A program made the translations under genes and the position numbers. Below are positions 1-11,143 of a DNA stretch of 64,000 nt, in pieces (position 1 is the first letter of the stretch; every line of letters begins with the position of its first letter). The notes below the pieces were generated by a model. That model did no database searches, was not told where the DNA came from, and saw only the letters and a list, made by a program, of their open reading frames with translations. This stretch comes from Ascidiella aspersa (Eukaryota), in NCBI GenBank assembly GCA_963924565.1, contig OZ004612.1:7068001-7132000 (forward strand), in the 5' to 3' direction.

Positions 1-207
1 GCCAAAAGTGGTCCTGAGGGCCTGTCGAACTATATTTTTTGCCAACTTAAACTGTATGTAATTCAATTTTTTTCGCCCCCATGACAGTCTTTTGGGAACC
101 AAGCGCCGTGTTATATTTCATCTTAATATCAAATGGTTTTACGTGGGCCTTCAACTGCCCGGAAAAGAGTACTTTGGGCCGCAACAAAAAACGTTTGCCG
201 ACCACTG
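1..207. mobile_element. Right part of a non-autonomous hAT (Charlie-like) MITE, cut by the window edge; full copy at 41762-42104
   Basis: Ends in GTTTGCCGACCACTG (207) followed by GCATAAAG; near-identical to 41903-42104. Confidence 0.8.
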
Positions 208-573
208 GCATAAAGTATGCTACAGGGTTATTCAAGGTCATTTTTAGGCCAACATTCAGCGGTTCATGCCCACCTTTTTGCCAAGTAGGCTTATAGTAAC
301 GCATTAATAAATGGAAAATCGAGAAATCAGCTCGACGAATGTAGTAACTTCGCTTGACTCAGTACAAAACAAAGTCGAATATAAAAAATAACCAGCCGGC
401 GTCGAAGAACAAGATTTGTAATGACTAACTAAGTTAATTTAAATTAAAATGTCTTATTTGTACAATTTAAAAGTAAGTGCAGTTATTCGTTAGATTAATG
501 TCTGTATTTGATAATAACGTGAAGAAGTAAAACAAGGAAATACGTTAAACACAATGCTTCGTATATTTTTAAG

Positions 574-640
574 CAGGGGGCCACGATGGTTAAGAACCTT
601 CCAAATGGGGCCACGAAGCATAAAAGGTTGAGAACCACTG
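574..640. mobile_element. Solo hAT-MITE terminus fragment (duplicate at ~42471-42537)
   Basis: Ends in AAAAGGTTGAGAACCACTG, a typical hAT/Charlie-type terminus. No matching TSD pair found. Confidence 0.45.
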
Positions 641-727
641 TTCAAGGCGATCGGTTTAAAAACGTTAAGGATTTTACCAATATTTTACACATAAGAGTGT
701 GAAAACGTTTGCCTGAAGTATACCGAC

Positions 728-845
728 CTTTCACTTGAACTTTCCCGTTTTCTTCGATGACCACTGCTGCTTTCTTGGCTAACACCGAAGTCAATAAACA
801 AACCACAGCGTAAAACGTCAACCGACTTATCCAAAAATTTGTCAT
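728..845 (-). CDS. First coding exon (signal peptide) of a type-C CTLD adhesion GPCR; the rest of the gene lies left of the window (copy 0)
   Basis: ATG at 845; MTNFWISRLTFYAVVCLLTSVLAKKAAVVIEENGKVQVK-G; phase-1 donor AAG|GTCGGT. Same as exon 1 of copy 3 (42625-42742). The end is homologous to VIEVNDEVRMR-G of the type A/B exon 1. Confidence 0.75.
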
Positions 846-1282
846 TGTTTGCACTATACTCTCTCCTAAAAGTGATGCACACACGAAACTACAGTTGTAA
901 ATTAAAATTACTGCTTCTGGCTGGGCAAATTGCAATTAACGCTATTTATCCCGACCAACAATAAAACAAAGTCATAATAGAGCGATTGACAGAAATTACA
1001 AAGACTAAAATCGCTGCCCTTTTTATATTTTACAATAAATAAATATAATAAACAGAAAATGTAACTAAAAATGCGTTTAAATTAGTCAGTGGTTTTTGAA
1101 GTGTATTTCGCGACATACAAGTTTACCACGAGTGATTTAAAGTGTGCCACGAAAACATAATTGCTTCACAAATGCTGAAACACTCAGGCATGTGAAACTC
1201 CCGTTTAACAACTGTTGTCCAAGCCACCAAAATCTTGCCATTGGTATTTTCGTTTCTCTCTAAATATATTTTGTTCTGCAAA

Positions 1283-2050
1283 GTTGAAGTGATATGAGTC
1301 AACGACCTGAAATAAGTGCACTTAGGTCACTGGTTGAAAATGACTTAACCAGACTTAAGTACATTAGGAAAGCGGATTTGACTTGACTTAAGTCTTTTTA
1401 GACAAATGACTTGTCTTAGATTCAAGCAATTTTAAAAATAGTTTGTAAAATTTGGTTATTTTTTCACACAATGTCAGCTTTTAAAACAATTTTCTAGCTA
1501 AATGTTTATTTTTCGGTTATTGTTTATTTAAAACATTGTTTAGGACCGTGTTTCTAAAAGTGTCTGTTTACTTCTTGTTGGCGTGGAATAGTTTTAGGAG
1601 GTCCATGAAGGCCTGATTGAAACCTAAAATAATAATTTGAAATGTAATGACTTTTACAAAAGAAAAAAGATTAATTTAAAATCTGCTTTGGCTTCTCCTT
1701 AAAAGTATATTTAATTTGCTATTTGAGTCCGACCTGAAACAACAAGTCTACCTGTTTAATGACGTCATATTTGAAAACATTTTTGCCGACCCTGGTTCAA
1801 CAGAACCAAAAAGCAGTTTTAGAGTTCCCCGCTAAAAAAAACGTTTAAGCACCAAAGGGTTGTGATCAAACGATTGAACCAGTTTATTATAGTTTAATTT
1901 TTTATTTGAAATCAAATGATTTGATTTGGATTTGAGTTGTTGTGATGATAAGAATTTGGACAGGGACTTGATTTGCTATATTTCGCAAATGAATTTACTT
2001 AACTTGAATTATTTTTTGCAAATTAGTTGACTGAGACTTTTAACCACCTC
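1283..2050. repeat. Degenerate GACTT/TGACTTA-rich repeat relic, probably an old MITE (duplicate at ~43180-43940)
   Basis: Clusters of (A)TGACTT(G/A)ACTT-like motifs at both ends of the interval. Similar motif clusters at ~9835-9905, ~34915-34960 and ~38445-38490. Confidence 0.35.
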
Positions 2051-3212
2051 TTTACCACATTGCTGACCTGAATAATATTAACAAAACAACCATAGACAAT
2101 TAGTGCAATTGTCAAACAAATCCGGCGTGATTGGCAACAACGGAAACTCATTGATTATCTTGTTTACTGCAAAAAATATTTGCTTCGCATAGAAAATATG
2201 CGCTAAGTGAGCCGCAAGCTGGATAACTTTGAAAACCTTTTGTGTTTGCTTAGTGAAGACTGAGTTATAGTCCTGTTACGCATTGGCCAAGTTTATCAAC
2301 TGGTCAGGTGGATCATTTGCTGATGTCTTTCTTCGCATCCCTACCCTGGCGGTACCCGTTGCTCAACGGTATAACAACAGGAAACGACTTTATCTTGCAT
2401 GGCGCAATGTACCTTAGACTTCAAAAACAAACAGCAGAACCTAACTATAACTTCTTCTTATTTGCTCAGGAATACCGCAATACCCTTTTCTCAATGTTCA
2501 TTGTTTTTTTCAAATTTAATTGCTTAGAAAGGGTTTGTTTCTGGGACCTAAATTAGGTATCAAACTTTTAAAAGCTGATTCTTTGGGTGTACATTATTCA
2601 GGCACGATAACCGATTTATCCTACTGGTCTTAAAGATGGTGAAATTAACAATACCTTCATTATTATGCTATTGTTAGCGTTCTTTCAGCCAGAACGGCGT
2701 CTATTTTGATGTGACGCAATGTACAACAAACGTTAACTTCCGAGGAAAATTCTGGAAAAAAAAAACTATTCTACCTTCTCCGTATTCTGCTGTATAGGAA
2801 TATTCCAATCACACATTGCCAGATTCTTTGTGTCCATTAATCTGTTCAAAATTTTATTTTTGAAATTTTTATTTTTTAGAGATGTGAGACAATATAGGAT
2901 AGGACTAGATAGCCGATGCCCACATGTGGCAAAATCTTTTTTTTTCCAAGTGATAAATAAAATAGAATATAATTCATAGGTTTCCAATTGCTAAACAATT
3001 TGCTAGCCTGTCGACTTGGTAAATATGCCGTTTGTAGTGTTCTATTTCATCAATTGTCCTTTTTTTACCATAGTAAGGTCATATGGTAATATCGGATCTG
3101 TGTTATTTTTACCCCAAATCCATATAAACAAACCTTACACATATATGCTTGAAATTAATCGATACCTTGACTTTTACTACTGACATGGTAATGTAGGGAC
3201 GAACTGTTAGTA

Positions 3213-3218
3213 TTTATT
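3213..3218 (-). promoter_or_regulatory. Candidate polyadenylation signal (AATAAA on minus strand), ~1.3 kb after the stop codon
   Basis: TTTATT on +, retained in all five units. Weak evidence, since the flanks are homogenised and AT-rich. Confidence 0.25.
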
Positions 3219-4599
3219 GGTAAGACTTAAAAATCTTACACCTTAAAATAGCTTAAAGTTACAAACAGGCTAAAAACAACCTACAAATTATAGAGACTGA
3301 TAATATTTTAGCTTTAATTTTTTGTATTATTTTCGTTTGTAAGCATGAAACACTTTTGAGCGGGAAGCATATCAATACAAAGTGAAACACTTCGGGGAAA
3401 ATAACAACAATCAACGACAAAAAGTAAATATAATAAACATAGAAAAAGTCATCGAACCTATGATAGGATAGTGTAAGTGTCACGGGAATGCTTATACATA
3501 AAAAAGCATTGGCCCAACGTTTAAACGACCACATAGGAATCAACGAGCAGAATAAAAGAACAAAAAAAGAACAAAAATCAAATGAGTAATTACATTAGTT
3601 TTCATACAATATAACGGAATAACAACGAATAGGCAAGAAGAAAGTGAAAAGTGCCAATTTATCGTGCTATACAACTCAAGTTAAAAGACATGCTCCCAAT
3701 GCTATTATTTCAAAATTAGTCTTAGTTAACTCTGATATTTGGGCGTAACGCATATGCTATATAGCCGAACCGAAAACGCCCCTATTTTGCTCCGTGTGAT
3801 TTGAGCATTAAATTATCTGCGGTACATTTTAAAGAGGTACACAAAGAAATAATACAGTAATCGAAATTAACGAGCAATACTGCAATCAATATCCGTTGTA
3901 AAACAAAATGCACTGTAAAGAACAAAAGTGGACAAATGTAAAAATTAGGGCGAGTTACAACTAACACATTTATGAAGAAGCCAAATTAGAATACTATACG
4001 AAAATACTTCTTTTAATAAGAAATGCTTTAACCAGAAATGACCGCAATTCCTGGGTTACCAATGGGTCGCTATACTACAGAGGTAGCCTAATACAAAAAA
4101 TCATCACTTTAAAAAATGTAGACTGGAGTTTATGTACCATATAGCTCTAAATAAGCTTTACCGAGTTTCTTTATGTTACAGATAATGCTAAATGAAGTAT
4201 ATTATTTAACGTGTCTCTTTATTTGTCATATTGATTCACAAAATTATAACAACTATATAAAAAGTGGTATATTGGAAACAAAAGGTAGGATTTAAATCAC
4301 GCAATAGTTCCGGGTGAGCACATAGACACCAAAATGCTCCTTAAAATAACGAACTGAATAGCTGCGCTTTTATCCACCGGTTTGGCAACAGCCGATTTAT
4401 ACCATTGGAAACACGAATTGCCGGATATTGTCTATCGCGATCAACTTCCAACCTCACACCCAATTGTTAATATTTGCATTTAATTGTCTAGGCCTACTTG
4501 CTAAACTTAGAAGTCTTTATATTCTGCTGCCCTCTGTTTAGTGTTTTGCTTACGTTATCCGTCTTTCTTCCATCAGGCAGCCCTTTTATTTGGGCTATT

Positions 4600-5590
4600 T
4601 TTCTTTCGTTAGCATTTCTGTTTTCACTAGCCACCCTGTTTTCTAGGATCATCTTGCGTATGTTAGCCATCTTGATTTCGTGAGTCCTCTTGCTTTGTTG
4701 GAGTTCACTCTTGCTTTTCTGAGATGTGGTGATTTTTTGAGTCACCTTGTTTTCCAGAAGTGTTTTTTCATCGTTCAACACTTTTCTGTCGCCATTCTTC
4801 TTTTTTTCAAAGGCCACCAGGGTTTTCTGGGACATAATTCTGTCGTGGGCCATATCGTTTTGCTTGTCCCTCTTACTTCCATAAGCCGTCTGGCTTTCTT
4901 GGACAATCTTCCTTGTATGGGCCATCTTGCTTTCCTGAGTAATTGTTCCTCCTTCGATTATTCTGTTTTGCCGGGGACCACTATTGTCTTCCTGAGATGC
5001 AGTTCTTTTCCGAGTCATCTTGTTTCCGTGAAACCTCTTTATTTGGTCAGTCATTTTGCTCTTGTGAGCCATCTGAGTTTTCTGGTTGTCGTGAGTCACA
5101 TCTTCTTTCTGGTCATGCTGGTTTTCGTAGGACATCTTGCTTTCTTGTACAATCTTGTTTATGTGAGCCATCTTGCTTTCGTGGCTCATTTTTCTTTCGT
5201 GTGACTCCGTGGTTTCGCAAGCCACTTTTCGTTCGTTTACCATCCTGCTGTCGTGAGCCATTTTCCTTTCGTGCGACATATTACTTTTGTCAGCACTTTG
5301 AATTTCTTGAACTGCCTTGCTCACGTGAGCCTTATTACCTCCGTGAACTTTTTCGCTTCTCTGAAATGTTTTTCTCTTTTCCGCCATCTTGATTTCTTTG
5401 ACTGTCTTGCTTCCGTGAGCCGTCTGTCTTTTGTCAGAAACTTTTCGTACGTGAGCCGTTGTACTTCCGCGAGACATCTCGTTTTGCTGGTCAATCTTAC
5501 TTGCATAAGCCTTTCTGCTTTCGTGAGCCATCTTTCTTATATGATCCATATTGCTTTCCGACGATGCCTTGCTTTCCGTAACCATGTTGT
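4600..5590 (-). repeat. Degenerate 18-bp coding tandem repeat encoding (S/R)KMAH(E/D)-like hexapeptides in the receptor tail (present in all five copies)
   Basis: Recurring + strand unit CATCTTGCTTTCGTGAGC and variants; protein e.g. RKMAHESRKAYA, SHERKMAHDSRMVNERK, SHERKMSHESKMAHINK. Confidence 0.75.
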
Positions 5591-8500
5591 TTTCCTTGGT
5601 AGACTTTGAACCGAGGCTTTCTTTTGCCTTTCTATTTGACCTTGTAAATCGAAGTCGGTCAACAATCGCGTGCCGGACCTCACTGTTAAACACCGCGTAG
5701 ACCAGAAGCAAAAAGAATCCTTGCAGTCCGTTCACCACAGTCGAAAGATAAATAAACACGTTGGACGTTCCTAGAAAAATGACGTTGGGCACTGTTACTT
5801 AATTTTAAAGCAATTTACCGCTTCCCTATCAAATACTAGTGTGCTAAAATAAACAAGGAAAATAATGCATTGCATGGTATTATTGAACGACCAACCATAA
5901 AAATACGACAAATGTAATTCAAGGTTGAAAATTACCCTGAGGACACCAAGTAAGCAACCGTGTAAACTAAATATCGGGTCCGAAAGGTTTAACTAGATGC
6001 GAGGACAACCTTAAAATAAATGCTTTAAACAGACCAATCTAGTTCAAATCTAGGCCTATAGCGCGAAATTTACCAGCAAGGAAGAGTACAGCCCACGGAA
6101 CGCCAAACGCAGGAAGCAGCATAAGCATGGCTCGGAGTCCGGCTTTGACGTGGATCAGGTTGTTTCCCATCAGTGGATTGTTGTCCTCGCTACGTTGGGG
6201 CGACCGGCCTTAGCTTTTCCTCGGCTTTGCTCATTGCGTACACAAAGCAACTGACTTTGAGCAAGATGGCAAGATTTACGATTGCAATGGCAGCGAGGGG
6301 AATTATGACGCCGACCAGAAGGATTCCCGAATCTCGACTTAGCCAGCATTGAGCGTAATTGGCCGTTATATTCGGTTTAAAAGCCACCAGCGGTTCGTCC
6401 ATGTAGATGTCGTTGAAGAAATTGTAAACTGTTGTTGCGATCACCGCTGCACAGGGAAAGAGCCAACCGGATGCAAGAAGGCCGATCCTTACGCTTCTGG
6501 AGGAGCCGAGACGAAGAGCGAAGTCGGAAGTTTTTAGGAAGATGTTCACGCCCTCCACCAACATCCAGGCTCCTTAAGAGACAAGGTAAATTAGCAACAT
6601 TTGTTAATGGTACATTTTACGGTTTAAATGTGGTTGTCCACGCCTGACAAATGTTTAGTTTTTACCATACGTAACAACTTATACTTACTGTAAATAGTTT
6701 AACTGAATATTAGTAATCTATAAAGTTCATTTTATCTAAAGCTATGAGGTAAAACTAATTCAAATAATAAAATGGAAGACCCATAAATTAGATACGAAAC
6801 CAACGTTCAAAAAAGCGCAAAACGGAGCAGTTATTAAACAACCTATTTATTCTGCAATAAGCTATGTTTAACATAATGAAATTTACTAAACATTAAAGTT
6901 AAATTCAATTTATTTAAAAATTGCCAAATGATTTCAGGTGAAAAAACTTGCGTCACAGCCACAATTCCCCGATTCAACTGTCTGGGCGAATGGGTGTTAA
7001 TTGCAACATTTGCGTTATGTTCTAAATTGAGGTTTTCCTTCACCTGAACTCAGCATTGCGAAATGCTGCGCGACCGCCAACACCTGACAAGCAAGTTGGT
7101 CGTCCAAGGCAAAGTCGTGAACCAAGTTGCCCAAATGCAGCAGTAATAGGCAAGCGGCCAGATGTATCTGCACAACGGTTCGGCCGCTTTTGACCTTTCG
7201 TTTGGCCACAAGCAAAGCGATGATCGTCAGTACGAGTGAGAAAGAAGAAACGCAGCCGGTGACGTAACCAAGAATCTGTGTACAGTAAAATATTAGTACA
7301 AAAACAACTAATGGTCAACTCGTTCCTTTTGTGGTTGATCCACGCCAGTTCATTTCAATCAGAGGCATTTTAAGGTAAGCGGGGATTCGTTTGGCAGACC
7401 AAAATCTAAAAATTCATAAAATTCCTTAAATAGACATTTACATGCCTTATGCATATCACATGACAAAATTCAGTGATATAAAGTTTTGTAAAATTCTTTA
7501 CATTTCAGTGTTTAAAACCTGGGTCACTCCAAACCCGATGAAACTGCCTGGGGCCCTTAAAATGGCGTAGTAATATAGACAAGTTAAAATGGCGTACTAT
7601 TACTATCAATTGCGATTTGTGTTAAGCCGAAGCAGGCGGATATACGTTGGTCACTACGTCATTCCTCTGCGTTGCCAGTCTTGTATACCAGCCAATGTTC
7701 TTTTATTTCTTTTAACCGAGGCGTCAAACATTCTCGCTTCGTTTATTAAATCCAGCCTTATAGTGTGGACCTATATGACCGAGCTGTTTACATGTGTCGT
7801 CATATGCCATGCTTCTGTTTTCGTTTATTACTGCAACCTTTATCGGACCGCCCTAACAAATTCGAGCGCGGTAACTAACAAACAATCTCCTTCTAAATTA
7901 GGCGATTTGCACAATAAAACAGACTACAGCTATAACCTTATTGGCAAAGCTCCCGGCCCCGTTTTAATATTAAAATCGTTGCCAAAGTGGCTGATCAAAA
8001 TACGGTCGGTTTGAAGTTGTCCAAATGGGTTACGCTATTATGATTTGATGTAATTCTTGTTATTTTTTAAATTACTTATCGAATAAATCCAAATGCTCGT
8101 GTTTACCATGAAAATCAAAACTTACAGACAATTAGAGTAAATAATAACGGCAAGTGTTGTAATGCATATCCATTGCGGTAAATGCGTTTAAACCAATGCA
8201 AATTTTATTTCCGCATCATAAATAATTTATATTAAAGGTGCCCGAAACAATGTTACTGCTCCAACTCGATGAACAAAAAAACATTAAAGGCTACAATATT
8301 TCTTGGCTAAAATTTTAGGGCTCGAGATAATAAGGATATTGTTACTACAATAATATTAAAGCGAATTGTTACCACATGTTGGAAAATGTCACTTTAACCA
8401 AGTGGTGGACCATGGCGTAGGATATTGAGGGGGTCAATTACTTTAGGAATGACTTAACTTTTTCACGTGACGTCATAAAGCGCCTAATCTTTAAATAATA

Positions 8501-10202
8501 TTTTGCTGTCCAGCGAATTTACTATTTTTCGAAAATAACAGCATTTGTAGTCTAATTTAGTATAAACTTCAGTGGTTATGAATTTATACCAGGTAACATG
8601 ACATATAATATAACATCTTTGGGCTGAACTGATAACGGACAAAAGCCTAGTAAAAATGCATAGAAACTAATTATTTTGTAAAAACAGTTTATATTAACAT
8701 AATAAAAGTTTAAATATAGTTTGAAACGGATGCAAGGCCTTTTGGTTACCTGTATCCTCTCTTGCATATGTCTTAGCAGGAGTACCGTTTACATTTAGGC
8801 ATTACGCGGGTATCAGTTTTACCTTAGCTGGATACGGTATGACGACAGCTTCCACGGTAAGCATGACAGCAAAGATGGTGGCGTGGTTCGAAGCGCAGGC
8901 GACTTTTCCCTGCTCCATCCCGACCAGCGTCATTCCAGTAGCCTCAAAATCTCCCGTACTGGTGTTGTAGAACACGCAGCGAAGTTTGACGCTGCGCAGA
9001 AGTAGGCTTCCACTAGTGTTGCCTTTGTAGCTTTGCACCGAGTAGATTGACCTGATTATGTCAGTCATGTTGCTTGTCCGAACTTCGTAACTTAACTTAA
9101 ATGGTAAATGTTACGTCACAACATTGTTTGACAACAGCAACTTTAAAGTAGCACGGAGTTGTACAAAGAATTAATAAAACATATCATGCAGGACTTCGGC
9201 TTACTTAGGAAGCATAAAGAGAAGATCGATATTCAAAGTCAAATATAGTTATTTTAAGTATAGGCCTACTGTAGTTATTTGTGTCCCAGTTGTTGATGGG
9301 TGAAACAAGATAAAAAATAAATATATAATGTACAAAAATAAGGCACGAACATTACAACCTTTTTTAGTGCATAAAAAAATGAATTTTTAATTTCCCAACT
9401 ATTGATCATTATGATTTTTTTAATAGTATATCATTTTCATAAGGAGTAAAGTAAATTATAGTGGAATGGCCAACAGGCAGTGCATTTAAGCGAACGATTT
9501 AATTTAAGTGTACGTAAGTTACTGGTTTTAATTTAATTAACTTAACCTATAAGTCTTTTGGACAAAATCGCTCAACTTTACTAAACCCTTTCGGACAAAT
9601 AAATTCATTTCACTTAAGCGTGTTCTTTAATAATTAATTTTTGATACAATTTATTTAGTCTTACCGCAAAGTCTGTTAGTAATTATGCTTCATAACTACA
9701 TATTACGTTTTGTTATTCGCGAATTCAAACATCTTCCGGATCGGATAAATTTACCAATTATAATAATTTACCATTTTATTTCTACTTTTGTAAATGACAT
9801 GCCCAGCCTCTACTTGCTATAAAAATTACTTAGACTGAGCCTTGACTTCATGTGTTTAGTAAATGATTTGACTTTTAGTTGTTTTTCTGCAAATGATTTA
9901 ACTTTCAATTAAAAATAACTGGTTTGCAACACAGTAAAAATTTACTTAAATAAAAAAAAATCTGCATACCGTAACATTCCCCGTCAATTTTGCGGGTGTA
10001 ACTCCCAGTAGGGTTCCCATCAAAAAGTTGCCTTCAAGAGTTCCGTCTTCCTTCAAAGATTTGTTGGCAACCCATTGGTTGGTCGGTGGGGTAAAATTGA
10101 TCAATTCCAGTGCGACTCGCTTTGGTGTAATAAATGACGTCAGAGCTACGTCATCGAATTGGTAAGTGGTCGAGTTTCCTGGCTCGTGCATCAGGTATTC
10201 TA

Positions 10203-10261
10203 CTTTGGCGTCGTTTTCTGAACAAGGCTTGCCTTTGGTGTCGGTTTCTGAACAAGGCTTG
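10203..10261. repeat. 30-bp tandem duplication at the exon-5 splice acceptor (also in copies 2 and 4)
   Basis: CTTTGGCGTCGTTTTCTGAACAAGGCTTG / CTTTGGTGTCGGTTTCTGAACAAGGCTTG, period 30; single copy in copy 3 (~35309-35337). Confidence 0.85.
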
Positions 10262-10552
10262 TGCTTTAACAAAATGGGTTTAGTTCCTTGTGTTTAGTAA
10301 AAGAAGATAAAATTTCGGCAACGTGGACACAAACCAATATACGTTTGATTTCGTTAAGTCACCGAGAACATCATTTCACATTTTCGGATTTTTTGAGGTT
10401 GGTTCTAAGCACGATTTTTTTAGAATTCAAAATACTGTAGGACGGATAAAAAGACATGCTCATTTTTATTAAATTCGTGCTTTGCTCACTTAAAAAAGTT
10501 GAAAGGAATTGGGTCGCCAAATATTCGCTGTTAGCTACCCTTGGCATTTAGG

Positions 10553-11143
10553 CAGGGAGTCTAACCGGAACCGAAGTGGAACTTTATGAACCGGTTTTGG
10601 GTCAATTTTTTTCGAACCGTAACCGAACCTGTACCGTTTTTTAAACGACTTTAAGTAGCCGAAGCGGAACTGAACCAAATAATTTGAACGAACATGAACT
10701 TTAAACGAACCCGAACCTGAGCGGTTTGCTCCAGCATGACGTCACAACTTGTATTTTAAAGACTCAAATTATGCCATGTTTAAAATTTTATAAACAAATT
10801 TGAATATTGATTAAAAAACGTTGATTTTTTTTATTTTTTAGATATTTAAATAATGAGTTGCTGTTTTCTTAATACGTCACGTAACTTTAACTGAATGACT
10901 TACTATTCATAGATTATTCTCTACATTTGTTGACCTACATTTTTAGATTTAACGCAATTTATATAATATCCGAACCGGAACTTTATCAACCGGTTTTGAA
11001 ATAACGATGGTCGGACCGGAGCTGAACCGTAACTTTTGATTTGCTCCGAACCGAAACCGAAACTGAAACTGAACCATATTCCGAAAAAATCCTTAAACCC
11101 GAACCGAACCTGAACCGGAAAAGGCAAACGGTTCGACTCCCTG
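10553..11143. mobile_element. hAT-type MITE with internal GAACC/AACCG repeats, in intron 4 of copy 1
   Basis: TIRs CAGGGAGTCTAACCG ... CGGTTCGACTCCCTG; 8-bp flanks CATTTAGG / TATTTAGG (7/8 TSD). Confidence 0.85.

Noticed and set aside
2308-2556. Moderately GC-rich + strand ORF in the type-C spacer
   Set aside because: Frameshifted in the duplicate (44196-44408) and no recognisable domain; possibly a transposon relic, but I cannot support this.
3259-3967. Short minus-strand ORFs repeated in each unit (ISIPVTL.., MLVVTR..)
   Set aside because: 3' UTR or flank; recurrence reflects recent duplication, starts and frames vary, and there are no recognisable motifs.
4498-5609. Several + strand ORFs (60-178 aa, hydrophobic, SHLAF-rich) overlapping the tail exon in every copy
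   Set aside because: Antisense shadows of the 18-bp coding repeat, which is poor in stop codons; no independent gene structure.
7589-8014. + strand ORF MAYYYYQL.. in intron 6
   Set aside because: Length and frame differ among copies (141, 125, 111, 123 aa), consistent with neutral intron sequence.
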